DNA of 63,215 nucleotides, filler included, from Craspedostauros australis (Eukaryota), in the NCBI GenBank assembly GCA_030167865.1. It is 12 parts of 12 records of this genome, joined end to end, with 100 filler letters (N's around TTAATTAATTAA, not from the genome) between each part and the next. Parts side by side here need not be neighbours in the genome. Positions count along the whole stretch, not along the records: positions 26,850 to 33,798 come from JALAGF010003521.1; positions 33,899 to 44,548 come from JALAGF010003522.1; 10 more parts are not named here. One strand, given 5' to 3'. Positions 30,840-44,100 of this stretch are shown here, piece by piece (position 1 is the first letter of the stretch; each line of letters begins with the position of its first letter). A program made the position numbers and the translations under genes. The notes under the pieces are model-generated. The model did no database searches and had not been told where the DNA came from. It worked only from the letters and a program-made list of their open reading frames with translations.

Positions 30840-31197
30840 AGTTAGAGCACGTGTACCATCGTACTCTATGAGTAGGGACTAAGAAGATGTGCGATCATTG
30901 GCGCTCTACATTATTCTGCTCTAGTCCAATCTACTTTACTCTGTTGCTTCAGTCTACGATTCTACTCTACTTCTTCAGTCTATGTCCCAGTCCTGAAACT
31001 GACTCCCCAACAGAAAGATCTCTGTGGTCCTATCGACACAAACCGTTCTTGGGGATCGTTTCCTGCCCGTTCAGTTTGATGTCCATGGCATCACTGGTGT
31101 GTGCTGTGTCGTACGTAACATGACGAGCCATGTGCGCAATGCCAACAGATTCCAGAGCACAGATCACGGAACACAAGCGCATTGAGATCATCCCAAG

Positions 31198-31734
31198 ATG
31201 AGATCAAGTTCCTTCTTATCCTTAGCGATCTCTCTCTTGGCAATCATCCAAACAGAGGCCTTTCAGACCCCCATTGTCCCATCTCATTCCTCCACAGCGT
31301 CAACGCCCAACGTCCTCGGCCTGAGCCTGAGCCTGAAGATGTCAAAGCTGGAAGAAGTAAAAACCGACAAGTCCCCGGCGCCCCTCGGCCCCTACAGCCA
31401 AGCTGTGAAGGTTGGGAATATGCTCTACTGCTCCGGACAGATCGCATTGGATCCAGCCACTGGCGAGTTCGTTGGAGGTGGAGACCCGCAGGCGGAAACG
31501 CGCCAGCTCCTCAAGAACCTGGACGCCGTGCTCGAGGCGGCTGGGACCACCAGAGATCGCATTGTGCGGTGCACCGTGTTCCTGGCAGACCTCGGCGACT
31601 TCGCCTTGGTCAATGAAGTCTACTCGGAGTACTTCAAGGACGTTGCCGTGGAGCCTTCCCGATCTTGCGTGCAAGTCGCGGCCTTGCCAAAGGGGGCCAA
31701 GGTGGAGATCGATTGCATTGCTGTCATGGAATGA
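31198..31734 (+). CDS. ridA: RidA-family deaminase, redundant copy
   Basis: Reverse complement of 6543-7079. Confidence 0.93.
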   Translation: MRSSSFLSLAISLLAIIQTEAFQTPIVPSHSSTASTPNVLGLSLSLKMSKLEEVKTDKSPAPLGPYSQAVKVGNMLYCSGQIALDPATGEFVGGGDPQAETRQLLKNLDAVLEAAGTTRDRIVRCTVFLADLGDFALVNEVYSEYFKDVAVEPSRSCVQVAALPKGAKVEIDCIAVME

Positions 31735-31951
31735 GCGTTGAAGCTTGCGCACGCAGCAGTATCTGGGAATGCGCAAACGCACAAGGCACGAAGAGAGTGC
31801 CAACACAAAGACGAATTCGCGTCAATCGTATCCACGCACGTCTCTAAATCTACTCGCGTCTTACTCTACGCTTCATCGAGACCCTGCCTCCGTGGAAAAA
31901 AAGAGCGACGGGTCGTTGCTGAGCTCCCCACCTCTGCAGATGTTAGTGCTA

Positions 31952-33798
31952 CTACCGCAGGCCACCGACGCAATACTTCTCGACAAAGCCAGCAACAATG
32001 TTCTGACCCTTTCGCGCCCATTCCTCCCGATTGGCCTTGGCATAGTCCAGACATTCGTCACTGGATACCCCAAAGACTCCGCAGCTCTCCAACTTGCCTG
32101 CCAGAGGGATGACGTAATTGTCAAAGAACCACAGTTCACCTTTGTACCATCCGTCGGCAGGATTCTTCGCCGCTCGCCCTTGCTTGTAGGCCTCATGCAT
32201 TTCGCTGAACAGTCGTTCGTTCCATGCCTGGTAGACGTGCCAGTGTTGCATCGTGTGAGCCACATCCGATGCTTGGATGATGTGCTCGATGACGATCGTC
32301 GCCTTGCGATTCCTGTCAATGGAATGGATAGCCCCCGTCATATCCATGAGACTGCTGCTGCTGGTGCTCGTGCTGGTGCTGATCCGAGTACTGTCAGCTT
32401 GTTCCCCTCTGTTCGCGAATGCCAGATTCCACCGATTCTTGCGCAGTGCACCCAGTTCCTTGTCGAAGATGTCGGTGGCGAGGACGGAATTGACGATGAT
32501 CTGCCGGAACCGTCTCATCTCATCTCCGTTGGTGTAGATGCATCGTCGCAACGCCTTGAAGCGATTGGCCATCAGCATTCCCCAGGCGACGTCCACGGAG
32601 TTTTGTTCCGCGACGCTCTTGTTCTTGTACGTCTTCCCGAGTTCGGCGTCCTCAGCGATGAGCTGTGCGTTGGATACGCCTCGATGGTCGACATCATGGA
32701 TGAGGGCCGAGAGGACGACGGCAAACTGAGTCAGTGGATCAGAAGTGATGCCGTATGTGTGATCGTGCAGTTCCTCGGCACCTCGCCTCGAGCTCGCATC
32801 CTGATTCGTCCCATCCATCTCATGAATGATGTCTGGGCGCTTCGGTGCGACGATGCGGGAGAGCAGCTTGTGCACCGACATGGCGACATGACTGGCGTGC
32901 TCAAAGTTGTGAAACGGATTACCTCGGTAAGATGCCGCGATCAGTGTGATGAAGTCCTTCATTTGCTTCTCAGTATCAATCGGAAGATCTACGGGGGACG
33001 ATTCGCTGTGCTTGTGGCGGTGCGCGAAGTCTGGCAATTCCACGACGGGCATCATCTCGTCCAGTACGGTGTCGGACAGCCCAACCGTACTCTCCAGTTC
33101 GACCAGTCGAGACTCAGCCATGTTGCCGATGCTTTGGTTGCTGTGGTGGGGATCTCGACTTGCGACGACTTGTTTCAAAAGCCTGAGCAGAAACGTCGTG
33201 TTCCAATCGACCAGCCGTTGAATGGTCTGATCATTCGCACGAGCCTTGTGAAGGTCGGCCTGCTGCTCCTTCGTTGTGACATTGGAAACACTGGTATGTT
33301 GGTTCAATTCCGTGATGGTAGACCGTCCTTGGATGATGTCACCGTCGTTGTCGCAAAGCCAGAATGTTCGAAGCTCGCCTTTGCCCTTCGCAAAGACGAC
33401 ATCTTCGCGTGGCTTCACCCAATGCGCCTTGTTCCTGGCCACAAGTTGATCAGCTGTTTGCTGCGAGAGCTGGATGCGGTTGGGTAGACCGGTCGATTCG
33501 ATCCTGGCGGCCGTGTTCACAGTGTCGCCGAACAGCTGGAACCGCGCCTTCTCACCGCGGAGGACGCCTGCCGTCGTTGGTCCGCTGTGCAGCCCGAACC
33601 TCATGCCGAGGTTGCCGGTTCCGGGGCCCAGAAACAGCTCCAGCTTGCAGACGACTTCTTGGATGGCAACGACGCATTCTCTTGAGAACCGCGCCATGAT
33701 CACCGCATGATCTGGGCGCGGTGTTGGTAGACCTGCTACTGCTACGTAGCAATCCCCCACAGTCTCGACCTTGAAGATCTTGCGTCGCTTCGCGATCC
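31952..33798 (-). CDS. Class III guanylyl cyclase - cyclic-nucleotide phosphodiesterase fusion, 5' truncated
   Basis: Cyclase: FKVETVGDCY, RFGLHSGP..AGV, RFQLFGDTVNTAARIES. PDE: NPFHNFEHASHV, LIHDVDHRGVSN, IIQASDVAH. Confidence 0.93.
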
Positions 33799-33898
33799 NN
33801 NNNNNNNNNNNNNNNNNNNNNNNNNNNNNNNNNNNNNNNNNNTTAATTAATTAANNNNNNNNNNNNNNNNNNNNNNNNNNNNNNNNNNNNNNNNNNNN
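33799..33898. other. Artificial contig linker
   Basis: N44-TTAATTAATTAA-N44. Confidence 0.99.
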
Positions 33899-34465
33899 GC
33901 GGAGGGCTGTTGGATTTTCTTTGATGGCTTCATCCAAAAGAGCCTTGAGCTTCTCTATACATGCCTGTTCTCGTTCCCACCCTACAATCTCGGGAGGTAT
34001 GTCCTTGTCTGCGGTAGTGACGATGCTGAGGATGCCACCTCGCAAGGTCGCACTCGCAGCAAGCTCAGTGGTCCTGCCGCTACCGTTTCCTGTTGTGTAG
34101 ACGAAGACATAATGTTCTATGTCATGCAAATTCGGTCTGCAGAGGACGACTTCGTGCGGCTGTCGACCTTCAATTCCGTCGTGATGAAACTTCGGATTGC
34201 CCATGAAGAACGACGGACAGCGATAGTCGCGGTCATGCGTGACCGTGTTTACGTGTGAAATCTTAGAGATTTTGAGTCGATTTAGGATCAACTCATCACG
34301 TGTCCTTGCCTCATCCCTTGTCATGTTTAGGTCCTTGATGTACCGCCAGACGTTGTCTGCGTTGATGTGATGTTTGCGATCGTGTTGATGTTCGTGGTTG
34401 ATTGGTTGATTGGTTGGTTTGTTGGTTGGACACAGGATTATGACAGGATCAATGGATGAGCCCAT
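33899..34465 (-). CDS. 5' part of the degenerate P-loop NTPase-like ORF (redundant with 44790-45356)
   Basis: Reverse complement of the contig starting at 44649 (coordinates sum to 79255). Confidence 0.5.
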
Positions 34466-34626
34466 TGCTGAATCGGTGGATGCAGATGCTCATGATCATA
34501 CTCGTACATTCTCGCGGTCACACTCGTGGGTTGTTGACATGATGGAAACAGAGCAACACTCGAAAGATGAAACGATGGCCATCAACCATTCTCAGGTTTT
34601 GCTTTGGCCTTTGCTTTGGTGTTGGC

Positions 34627-34815
34627 GAAGTTTCAGGATTTGTCGGGTGTTCGTTTGTGTGTGTTTGCGTTTCTGTGTGTGTTGGAAGAATGAGAATCCG
34701 CGTTGGGGTTTTGATGTTCTTGGATCAGGTTTGAGTCTTTGGATTAGTTCGACTTGTTCGAATCAAAGTTTGAAGAGAAGAAGGGAATCTGGAATTCTGA
34801 TCCGGCATGCTCGTA
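34627..34815 (-). repeat. Non-coding repeat element, copy A (upstream of the NTPase-like ORF)
   Basis: Homologous to 46204-46417: 33/34 match to TACGAGCATGCCRGATCAGAATTCCAGATTCCCT and an exact AACGCGGATTCTCATTCTT. Confidence 0.88.
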
Positions 34816-35257
34816 CAAATTACATCAATGAGCGGCACAACGATTCCACCAATGTTGGGAGTCGAAACGGATGACATTGATGCCGTCATAGAATGTTCAT
34901 TAAGCTAGATAACGCCACCAACACAGGCAAAGTTCCCCGCAGCACAACCTACAAGTACCTCGCACGTACAGAAGCACAGCAACCCGTGTCTCTCCATACC
35001 ACTCGTGCTCGTGTGCGCTGGTGTGTGTTCCTGTTTGCCACTCTGTTGGTACCTTGTGGTCCTCGCAACATCTTCCATTGTGTCTTATTCAAAATACTCT
35101 TTGTTCTTCTGTTTGAGTGTTCAACCATGCCTTGTCCATCCAGGCGTCAACCACATCCGCACTACTACGACCAGTTCACAAACATATCCACGTATTTAGA
35201 CTCTGCTCTTGTGCCATACTAGGGCGATTACGAATACGATGACATTTACGTCGACAT

Positions 35258-38200
35258 TTACAGTACGAAGCGGGCTTGCTGTGTGTACTGTGCAGAGATA
35301 TCAGCCATTGTACTGTCCATAGTGTTGGCGTTGCCCACACCTGCGGATCTGGATCGCGCCAGCGATGCGATGTACGACGTGATGTCGGATGGATGCACCC
35401 CGCTTTGCATCGCTTTCAATCGCATCTTCATTGCCGCGAGGCGTGCCAGTCCCTCTGAAATAGCAACAGGCATTGGCACCACCTTCCACCCAGGATGGGC
35501 TTCAATGCCCCTGCCCTGGAGCCCATCCAGCTCGTCCTTCTTGGACATGAGAATGTTCTGCGCGTGATCGCACATCGTCAGCAGCACCGCGATCTGACCT
35601 TCGCCGTCGCTGCGCGGCAGGTTGCTCTGGACCACTCCCAGCCGGTCCTGGACGTCCAGAATCGTTTGAATTCCAGATGCCAGCGATGTTTCATCGGCGG
35701 CGAAGCTTTGGACGAGGGCAGAGTACTTCGTCACGTCCGTTGCTGACATGAACAGCACGTTGGGGAGGATCGTCCTGCTGAGCGTCTCGGATGCCATGGC
35801 CGGCGACACGTTCAGCTGATGGATCAATGTCGCGTAGACATCTCCGTCGTAGCTGCTGCGAGTTGCCAAGGACTCTTCGAACCATTCTGGCGGCACTCCG
35901 ACGGATTCCAGGAAGTGTCTCTTCTGGGATAGTTCTTCATCCTCGAAGTCAGTGTAATGCTGGGAGATGATTGACTTGGCCTGCTCCAAACGGAAGGCTT
36001 CGTGCTGCTTGCTCCCGTTGGATGCCGCGCAAAGGAATACGTACGTGGCCCACTCCCACAACCCTTCTTGCACCAGCTGCGCGGCGTAACCACCCGTCAG
36101 AGCGTACTCGTCACGATCAGTCAACAGGTTGGGGCAGCCGATTGATGAGATCACCGAGCACAGATGGAATGCGAGAGAGAAGTCATGGATATGCTGAGAG
36201 TATCCTTTGGGGTCGATCGTTTGGCTGAGGGTCACCTGGGCTGGATCGCTGCCAAACCGCAGGAGCCGGTACAGCGTCGACTCGCTGTTGTCATCGCCAC
36301 CGAAGGTAGTGTTGGGCGCTGGGGCAATGCCAGATGTCACAGAAGAGCTGTACTTTTTCATCAAGGATGTAAGGTTGGATTGGTCCGCACTGATGGAATA
36401 GTGAAGGTCCATCAGCAAACGGCGTTTCCAGTTCAACGAGTTCTTGCCACTGCGATGCAACTCCTCCTCGAGCTTCGTTCTTCCGCTGAGGAGTCGGAAT
36501 GCTCGAAGCAGCTTTTGGGGGACGGACTTCCCAGTGCGTGCCCAATTCTGCAGCATGTCGTGGACATCCTGCCGTCGCCCGGTGCCCGATGCGATGATGG
36601 ATGCCAGCTGGTGCAACCCACCATCGGTGGCTGTTTGGCATGCCAGAGCTGTGTTGCCACCGGAAAGGGCAAAAAATACGGCGCCGATGACGTCTCGGGA
36701 TGCTTTGCATCGATCGATCTCTTCCTTCACATCACCCTCGCAGGCCTGCACGAGCCATGCGCCAATTGAGGCCACCACACCATCTTGATGGGCTGGGTTG
36801 CTCTCCGAATCACCGTCCTGGTTCAGGAGCGAAGGCAGCAGACTGGAGAGCAAAGAAACGATCTGCCAATCGATTTCCTTTTTGTGAGCAGAAGCCGATC
36901 CATGTGATGCGATGCTTGGATTGTGTTCGAACACGGAAGAGTACATGTCGAGGACGGCGGCAAGCTTGTTGCCTTCGTCCTCGTTGATTTCGGGTAGCGT
37001 TCGCAGGATCTCGGTTGGGTTTTGGATGTCCCCGTCCTTGGCTGCACCACTCTCCGTGTACTCCTTGTGTGCAGTCAGAATCGCGGCATTGTCCCGGCTC
37101 GTGGTGGCGAACACTGGCTTGATTTGTACAATGCCTGAGGACTTGTTGTCGAACTTCAAGAGCGTGCCGTCTCTGTTCCATCCAGCGCGGAACGAACGAC
37201 CCATGCGCATCCCCATATCCGTCGATGACTTCTTCGTGTTTGTTCGGCTTGCAATGGCTGCTGTGATGCTGTGCGTGCCTTTGAACGCCTTATTGATATC
37301 CTCCAACGAAGGGATGTAGTGTCGGGGAACGTCATGGGAGGACCGAGGCTGCGGCAAGAATCCCTCATCCGCAAAGTAAGTTTCCTTCGGTGTCTCGCCA
37401 GCCCCATCAGTTGGATCAACGACCATGATTTGCTGCATCAGGTGCTCGTACGCCTTGTTTGTTTCGGTCTCTTCATCCTCTCCCTCCGCCTCGTTTGTTT
37501 GCATTTCAGAAGCAGCAGCCACAATCATGCTCATTTCCATGTTGGATTCATCTTGCAACGAGCCTTCGTTACTGGCATCCATTCGGACATCGGCATCTCC
37601 CATGCCCTTCTGTCCATTCTTCGCAGCCTGTCGCTGCGCCATCATTGCCCGGGGACTCCCACCAAGTCCCCTCGACTCAAAATGCCGAGCTTGCACGTTC
37701 GTCTGCGCAACGTTGCCAAGAACGTCAGCATTAGCATTAGCATCAGCATCATCTTCTTCGTCGGACAGACCGTATCGGCTGAAGTGCTGTACGCGCATCT
37801 TCCACTCACCAAGGGATTTGTCATACGAGATGAATGTCGCTCCCATCTTGCCGGTCTGCTTTCGCACCTTCTCGGCAAACTTGGTCTTCATGGTGTCAGT
37901 GGCGTCCTTGCCTCCGGCCTTTGGAAAGACATTGTAGAGCGTGATGGTTGCAGTGCGATTGAGCTTCGCGCCGACGTCTGGTTTGTTGCCCTCCATTTCA
38001 TCGGCCATGTACATGGAGACGGTGCTCTGTTCGATCTCGGCAATTCGGTCCAGATCAGCGCCGCGCACGTCCACTGCACCTTCCCATTCCACCCTGCCGA
38101 ATCCTTCGCGTTCAATCGAGAATTCGCCAACAGCCGCCAAGTCTTCACCTGACAGCTTCGACAGTACTTCGATGGATGGTGTGCAGTGATATCCTGCCTT

Positions 38201-41200
38201 GGTGAGCGTCGGGGCGTTCGCTCCCGCTTTGGAGGAAGCAGCTGTTGCGGCCGCACCGACTGCATTTGCAGCGGGACTGCCTGCACCAGGACCATTGCTG
38301 GTCGCGCCTGTCACTCGTTTGTAATATTCCTCTGGGGATGACATGCCACCGTTGCGTGGCGATGACATTGATGATGACGAAGCTGGCGGCGACCTGAGGT
38401 TGCTTGCTGCTCCTGCAGCTGGGCTTGTCATCGGGGGTGATTTGACCGTTGCGCCGTTCGCACCATTCATGAGTGCTGGAACCGATGGCGAGGTCGATGG
38501 TGCCGATGCGGATGCGCCTCCGACACCGGCTTGGCTGGCTGTGCTGTTAGTGATCAGCTTCAGCTTCGGCTTGTTGGCAGGGTTGATGACGAGCCGCATG
38601 ATCGACGATGTGGTTGCCATCTGCGGAGTCATGTTGGCCTGGCTGCTGCCGGTGTACGTTGCTGATGCTCCTTTCATTTGAAGCACCGAACGATCCGGTG
38701 ATGCAAAACCACGTGGCCGTATCCGAGCACTGGATTTCGGTGATGTTCGGAAAGGACTGAACAAGCTGCCTCTGGTTTGTGTCGAGTTCCTCCAGCTGGA
38801 TGTCTCCGATGACAAGGAGGCCGGCACCACGGAGGGTGCCTCTGGAGCCTTCCAGGCGTTCATCTTTTCAAGCTCCTTGCGTTGGTTCTCCAACGCAGCA
38901 AGCTGCTGCGTCAGCACTTCGTTCGCGACGGGCGGAATGACGGAGCCAGCTGGAGGCAGCACGGTGGTCACTTGCGTCACTGCCGTTGGTCCATACGCGC
39001 CTCCCATCACCGGCTGCGCAGCTGTTGGCGTGATTGGTTGCCCAAACATGCCCCCTGCAGGAGCCCCGAATGCGCTTGGCGCAGGTGTTGTACCGAACAG
39101 CCCACCGGCAGCTGGCGCCGCAGGAGCTGCGCCAAAGCCGAATGCCCCCGGTGCAGGTGCGGGGACTGCAGGTGCCCCGAAGAGACCACCTCCTGCTGGC
39201 GGAGCCCCGAATGCTGGAGCTGGCGCAGGAGCGGCACCAAACAAGCCACCAGCAGCCGCTGTTGATTTGAAACATACAGACATCGATGCACCAACATGGA
39301 TGCATTGATTTTATGCGCGTGTGGAATAGAGAGAGAGAGAGAGAGAGAGAAAGAAAGCGAGATGCGGATATCATGTTTGGAGTGAGTCAAAAGTGGTATA
39401 TATATTGGAAAATCTATGCTGTGCTGCAAGTGGATTGATGTGAAGGAAACATCGTTGAATGGAAGGCATGAGCAAGAGCGGTATTGTGCATCGGGAATGG
39501 TACTTACGTGCTCCAAACAATCCACCGCCAGCCGGAGCTGGGGCAGGTGCGCCGAAGAGGCCGCCGCCTGCTACTGGAGCTGGCGCGGCACCGAACAACC
39601 CTCCAGCCGGTGCAGGTGCTGTTCAGCAAATTATGAGGTATAGCCGGTGCATATGACCAACACACGCCAAGCCAACGGACACAGCAAATCGAAAAGAAAG
39701 GAGTTGATCAAGATGGTAAGCAGAACATGGCGTGTGAGATGAGAGCGTAAACATGTGTAGGTGCGGTTACCCTTGGATGGGGGTGATGTGACAATGCGAT
39801 TGTCTGAACACCATCTCGCGCCAACAAAGCAGCGGACATGACGTGAACTTACCTGGTGCTCCAAAGAGCCCTGTTGGTGCAGGTGCTGGAGCAGCTCCGA
39901 ACAATCCGCCACCAGCAGGTGCTGGGACAGGTGCGCCGAATAAGCCTGTGGTTGGAGCGGCAGCTGGTGCTCCGAAGGCTGCTGGAGCCGGAGCACCGAA
40001 TGGTGCCGCAGCAGGTGACCCAAAGGCCGCAGGAGCTCCGAATGCAGGAGTGGGCGCTGGTGAACCGAACGTTGATCCGAAGGCTGGGGCAGGGGCTGCA
40101 TGATCGGTTGAAGAGGTGGAGGGATTCATCGTCGCGTGGTTTGTGTCGCGGGGCGTTGGGATTGAATGGAACAACAAGATACGAGGAGTGAGCGTGAGAG
40201 TTAGAAATCTGTCACTGTGCACACTGTTCCTTTTGGGTGGAAACGAACGGTGTGTTGTTCAAGTAGACAAACAACAAATAACGTACCTGCTCCAAATGCT
40301 GGCGCTGGAGCTGCTGCGCCACCGAACAAGCCGCCGGCAGGTGCCGGAGCTGGGCTGCCAAAGCCTCCGAAGGACGTTGGGGCACCTCCGGCTGCGGATC
40401 CAGTGCCCTTGTTGCCCTGGGTGTAGTCCTCAAAGCGAAGTTCTTCGAATGATTTGCTGTCGTACGCAGGCATTGCCGTGATGGCTTGGAGGTTGATGCT
40501 GGAGGTTCCGTCCTGACGCGATGTCACGGCGTAGGGTGCCACTTTGGTACCACCTCCTTGGACTCCTGCAGCTGGTGCTCCGAACAGACCCCCTCCGGCA
40601 GCTGGCGCTGGCGCCGCACCGAACAGTCCGCCTGGGGCGGGAGCCGGTGCTCCGAACGTGCTTGGAGCGCCAAATCCTCCGGCGGGCGCTGGCGCTGGTG
40701 CACCGAACAAACCAGTTGATGGCGCAGGAGCAGGAGCACCGAAAGGTCCCGGCGCTGGTGCTCCGAACGTAGATGGTGCAGGTGCTCCGAATGTCGATCC
40801 ACCGAACGCCGGCGCAGGTGCTGGTGAACCAAATCCACCCCCAAACCCTGCTGCTGGGGCTGCGATCGAACGAGCGAGTGATGGACAAGACGATCGTGTC
40901 AGCGCCGTTTGTGTCGTGGCGGAATAGCAGTGTCCGTCAGCAACGTGGATATGACGAGCGTTTTCGGAGAAGAAGCGAATGCGAGTACACCATGAGGAAA
41001 TCAGTTGCGGCATAATCCCATGTCCAACCGAAGGCGTGAATGTACGAATCAACCAGTCGTCGGCCCGACATCGAAACCAATGCGTAGTTTTCGGTAGTTC
41101 GAGAATCCCATTGAGCAGGCAAAGAAGCAAAGAAGGAAGTGAAGAGAGCGATCGGTGTGAGGAATGAACAACCAAGCGAAGTGACGCAGAGTCAGACAGA

Positions 41201-41646
41201 GTGGAGTCACAACGTGATTGATCAACACATCAAATTGGAATAGAGTATGGCCAATTGACTTTCGAGTATGCGTGAATGCATGTGCAAGCGGAGTGAAACG
41301 TACCTGGCGCACCAAACAAGCCTCCCGAAGGAGCAGGCGCCGGTGCCCCGAATGGAGTGGATCCTGCGGAGGATCCGAAACCAGCGGGCGCGCCGAATCC
41401 AGCCGGAGCTGGGGCAGGAGCTCCAAACCCAGAGCCACCGAATCCAGCCGCTGGTGCTGGTGCGGGCGTGCCAAAGCCTCCAAACCCAGATGGAGCAGGA
41501 GCTGGCGTCCCGAATCCGCCGAAACCGGACGGCGCCGGGGCAGGCGCACCGAACGCCGGTGCTGGCGATCCAAATGCTGGCGTCGATGCTGGCGCACCAA
41601 ATGCTGGTGCCGGAGAGCCGAAGGGTGTGCTAGGTTGTCCGAACAT
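35258..41646 (-). CDS. NUP98: Nucleoporin Nup98-Nup96 precursor; exons 41304-41646, 40287-40859, 39853-40095, 39508-39618, 35258-39258 (1756 aa)
   Basis: FG/GLFG repeats; GLEBS motif ITAMPAYDSKSFEELRFEDY; autoprotease domain ending VQHFSRYG (HFS at 37778-37786); GRSFRAGW and a Nup96-like C-terminus. Four GT-AG introns join in frame. Confidence 0.95.
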
Positions 41647-43136
41647 GGTCAACAGCTGATGATAGCGATGATGATGATGATGATGGTGTTGGTGTTGCTG
41701 TCTTTGCTTTGTTTTGGCGCTTGCTTCTGCTGCTGTTGTTGTTGTGCTCGCTATGCGATGGTCTTATGAGGTTGATGGTCAACCAGAATGAGGAGATTCC
41801 TTGCGCTCGAGTTTACTCTGCTTCGCAAGTATGACCTGCGCACGGTACGAGTAGTGGTACTCCAATTCAATGACAACAACTGTGTTGTGGTTTCAATCCG
41901 GCGATGCTGAAAACTTCTCGAAAGTTCTGATGATGCGATGATACGATGATCCAGTGATACGGTGACACGATGATCCCAAACCCAACACACGCACACAGGT
42001 GCTTTGGAGCCCCTCGCGTTCCTCGCAAATGCTCGATCGTTATTGTGCTCGGTCCACACGACTGACAACCACCTGTCACAAGGAAGGTGATGCTGTTTGC
42101 GAAGTGGAGAATGACACGAATCTGCCAAGGGGGAGATGAAAGAGGAGGTTTGGAGGTTGGCGGGAGATCTGTCTCTCTGTATCTCTGCCATGATGTGATC
42201 GCAAGGACGCCTCCTTGTTTGTTGGTGGTTGCGTGCTCTCTTGGTGTCTGTCTTTGTTGTTGCCTCGCGTCGTGTTGTGTCGCGTTGTCTCGCGTTGTCT
42301 CGCGTTGTGTCGCGTCATGTGGTGGTCTTTGCTGCAAACAGAACGAGCGCCAACACCTATTGTCTGTACGCCGTCCGTATCGTCAACCTAGCTTCGTTCT
42401 TGCGATTTCGAAAGGAGACCGAGGTCACATGCACGACTTGGAATCGAATCAACAAACACTTCACCTGTTCCTTTTTGGTAGCGAAAACCACATCTCTGCC
42501 TCATTCGGACAAGGTGGTCACGAGGTCATCGGAAACGCGGTCGTTGATGACGTCAGCATTGATCACTCACGATCATCGCCTGATGTCAATCGCCCAACCA
42601 GCGTGCTTCTGTCCCGCCGAACATCTGCGCACAGAACAAATCAGAGGCGACGAGGGCGACAGCCATGGCAAACACGTCGTCACCAATCACAACGCAGGCG
42701 ACAGAAGGAAGAAGAACCAACCAACCAAAAAAGAAGCCGCCGGCAGAACTGCCATCACAAAACCAACGCAGCATTGCAACCACAACAACAGTCACAAACA
42801 TCACAACCACCGCAACGACAAGCCAAGAAGCACTCACACGCGACAACGCGACAACACGACAAATCGACAAATCGAATTCACAAGGTCACAACCAAACACG
42901 CAACGCTGCTCACCTGACGCGACACATGCCGTTGATCATCACCTGCACCTGACACCTCACGGCCGACAGCACAATCGTTGAGGCGAAAGAGAAAGACACA
43001 AGCCGCAGCACAAGACAACCCAGCAAGGAGAGACATCAAGACACCAAGAAACAAGAGCGAGGAGCATAAAACTCAAACAACAAAAAGACGCAACGACACG
43101 CCTCACAGAAGCTTCTTTCCACTTTCGACTTCCAAC

Positions 43137-44100
43137 ATGCCGTTCTCCCGAATCACCGTTCTGGGACTCTCCGCCGTCCTCATGGCGACGGATCAGCAAG
43201 TGCAGTCCTTCACCGCCCCCTCCTTCCAACGGGCCCCGCAGCATGCCTTTGGGGCCGCACCTTCATCATCTGCGACGGTCGCCAAACCCGCATTTGTGAC
43301 GGGGCAGACCAAGAGGGTCATTGCGACTGTTGAGAAAGCAAGACTCACTCCGTCATCATCATCGACCCCATCATCACTATTCTCAACTGCGGCCCCGCAA
43401 GTGGAATCCACAGAGGCCGACACGGACGAGGCCCAAGTCAACATTCCACCAATCGGACCCAATGGAGTTTACAGCATTTCCAACGGCGAAGAGCACAAGT
43501 GAGTTGCCATCAGCACGAACACGAGCGCGCATGCAGCAAGTTCAATTGATTTGATTTGAATGCATTGCGGACAAAACAAAATTGGGCCAGGATGAACTCG
43601 AGAAGTTGACTGTGACGCAGCTTGTCGCATTGGTTACTTCTCGCATTGACCTTGCACCATGTGCCGTTGCCGTCAATGTTGATGTTGATGTCCATGTGTT
43701 TGGTTGATGCCTGTGCTTGATGTTCACAATGGTGATCAAATTGTTCGCTGAAACACGCACGCTGATGACGCACACAAGCGACAAGAGAGAGACAATCGAC
43801 AACGATTTGAACGCGAAACTTGCGAGAAAACGACACGTCGACGGTTTCCGCATGTGTTGGCACGCCTATTGTCGCTGTTGCTGTTGTCATCTCCTTCACT
43901 TCGGTCTCTCACCATTCAGCAACTTGCGCATTCACCTGCATGCATCCGCCGTTGTATGGCATTGCAATTCCAATATTCCAAAACCGATGAATGGACCGGC
44001 ACTTTCAATGACATCATATGCTACGAATTGGCGTCGTATGATGCTCGACTCCACTCGACACATACTCTCCTCATCAGAGCATTGCTGATGCCTCAAAGAG
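43137..44100 (+). pseudogene. Plastid-targeted protein gene (possibly thioredoxin-like), exon 1 43137-43498 and start of exon 2 at 44078, apparently interrupted
   Basis: Signal peptide, VQS-FTAP and a Ser/Thr-rich transit peptide. Donor GTGAGT at 43499 and acceptor CATCAG at 44077 give EEHK/ALLM. The frame then enters repeat DNA and stops. The thioredoxin identity is recalled resemblance only; no CxxC is seen. Confidence 0.5.

Noticed and set aside
6197..32080. Giant 5.2-kb inverted repeat bracketing 11.4-26.7 kb (Polinton-like or TIR element)
   Set aside because: The arms are ordinary genes on different contigs, end at contig edges and look identical, so this is assembly overlap
31745..33487. 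580-aa plus-strand ORF (and similar ORFs at 57398-58522, 61136-62152, 37271-38152, 10619-11473)
   Set aside because: Antisense shadows of well-supported genes with high GC3; no motifs
39327..39350. (GA)n and other microsatellites (59000-59040 CAACT, 62169-62198 10-mer, 15963-15986 GAAT, 60624-60647 GTT)
   Set aside because: Ordinary simple repeats with no spacer structure
41751..43000. Several 140-280-aa ORFs between Nup98 and the plastid gene
   Set aside because: Low-complexity CAA/ACG-rich divergent promoter/UTR DNA with non-ATG starts and no domains
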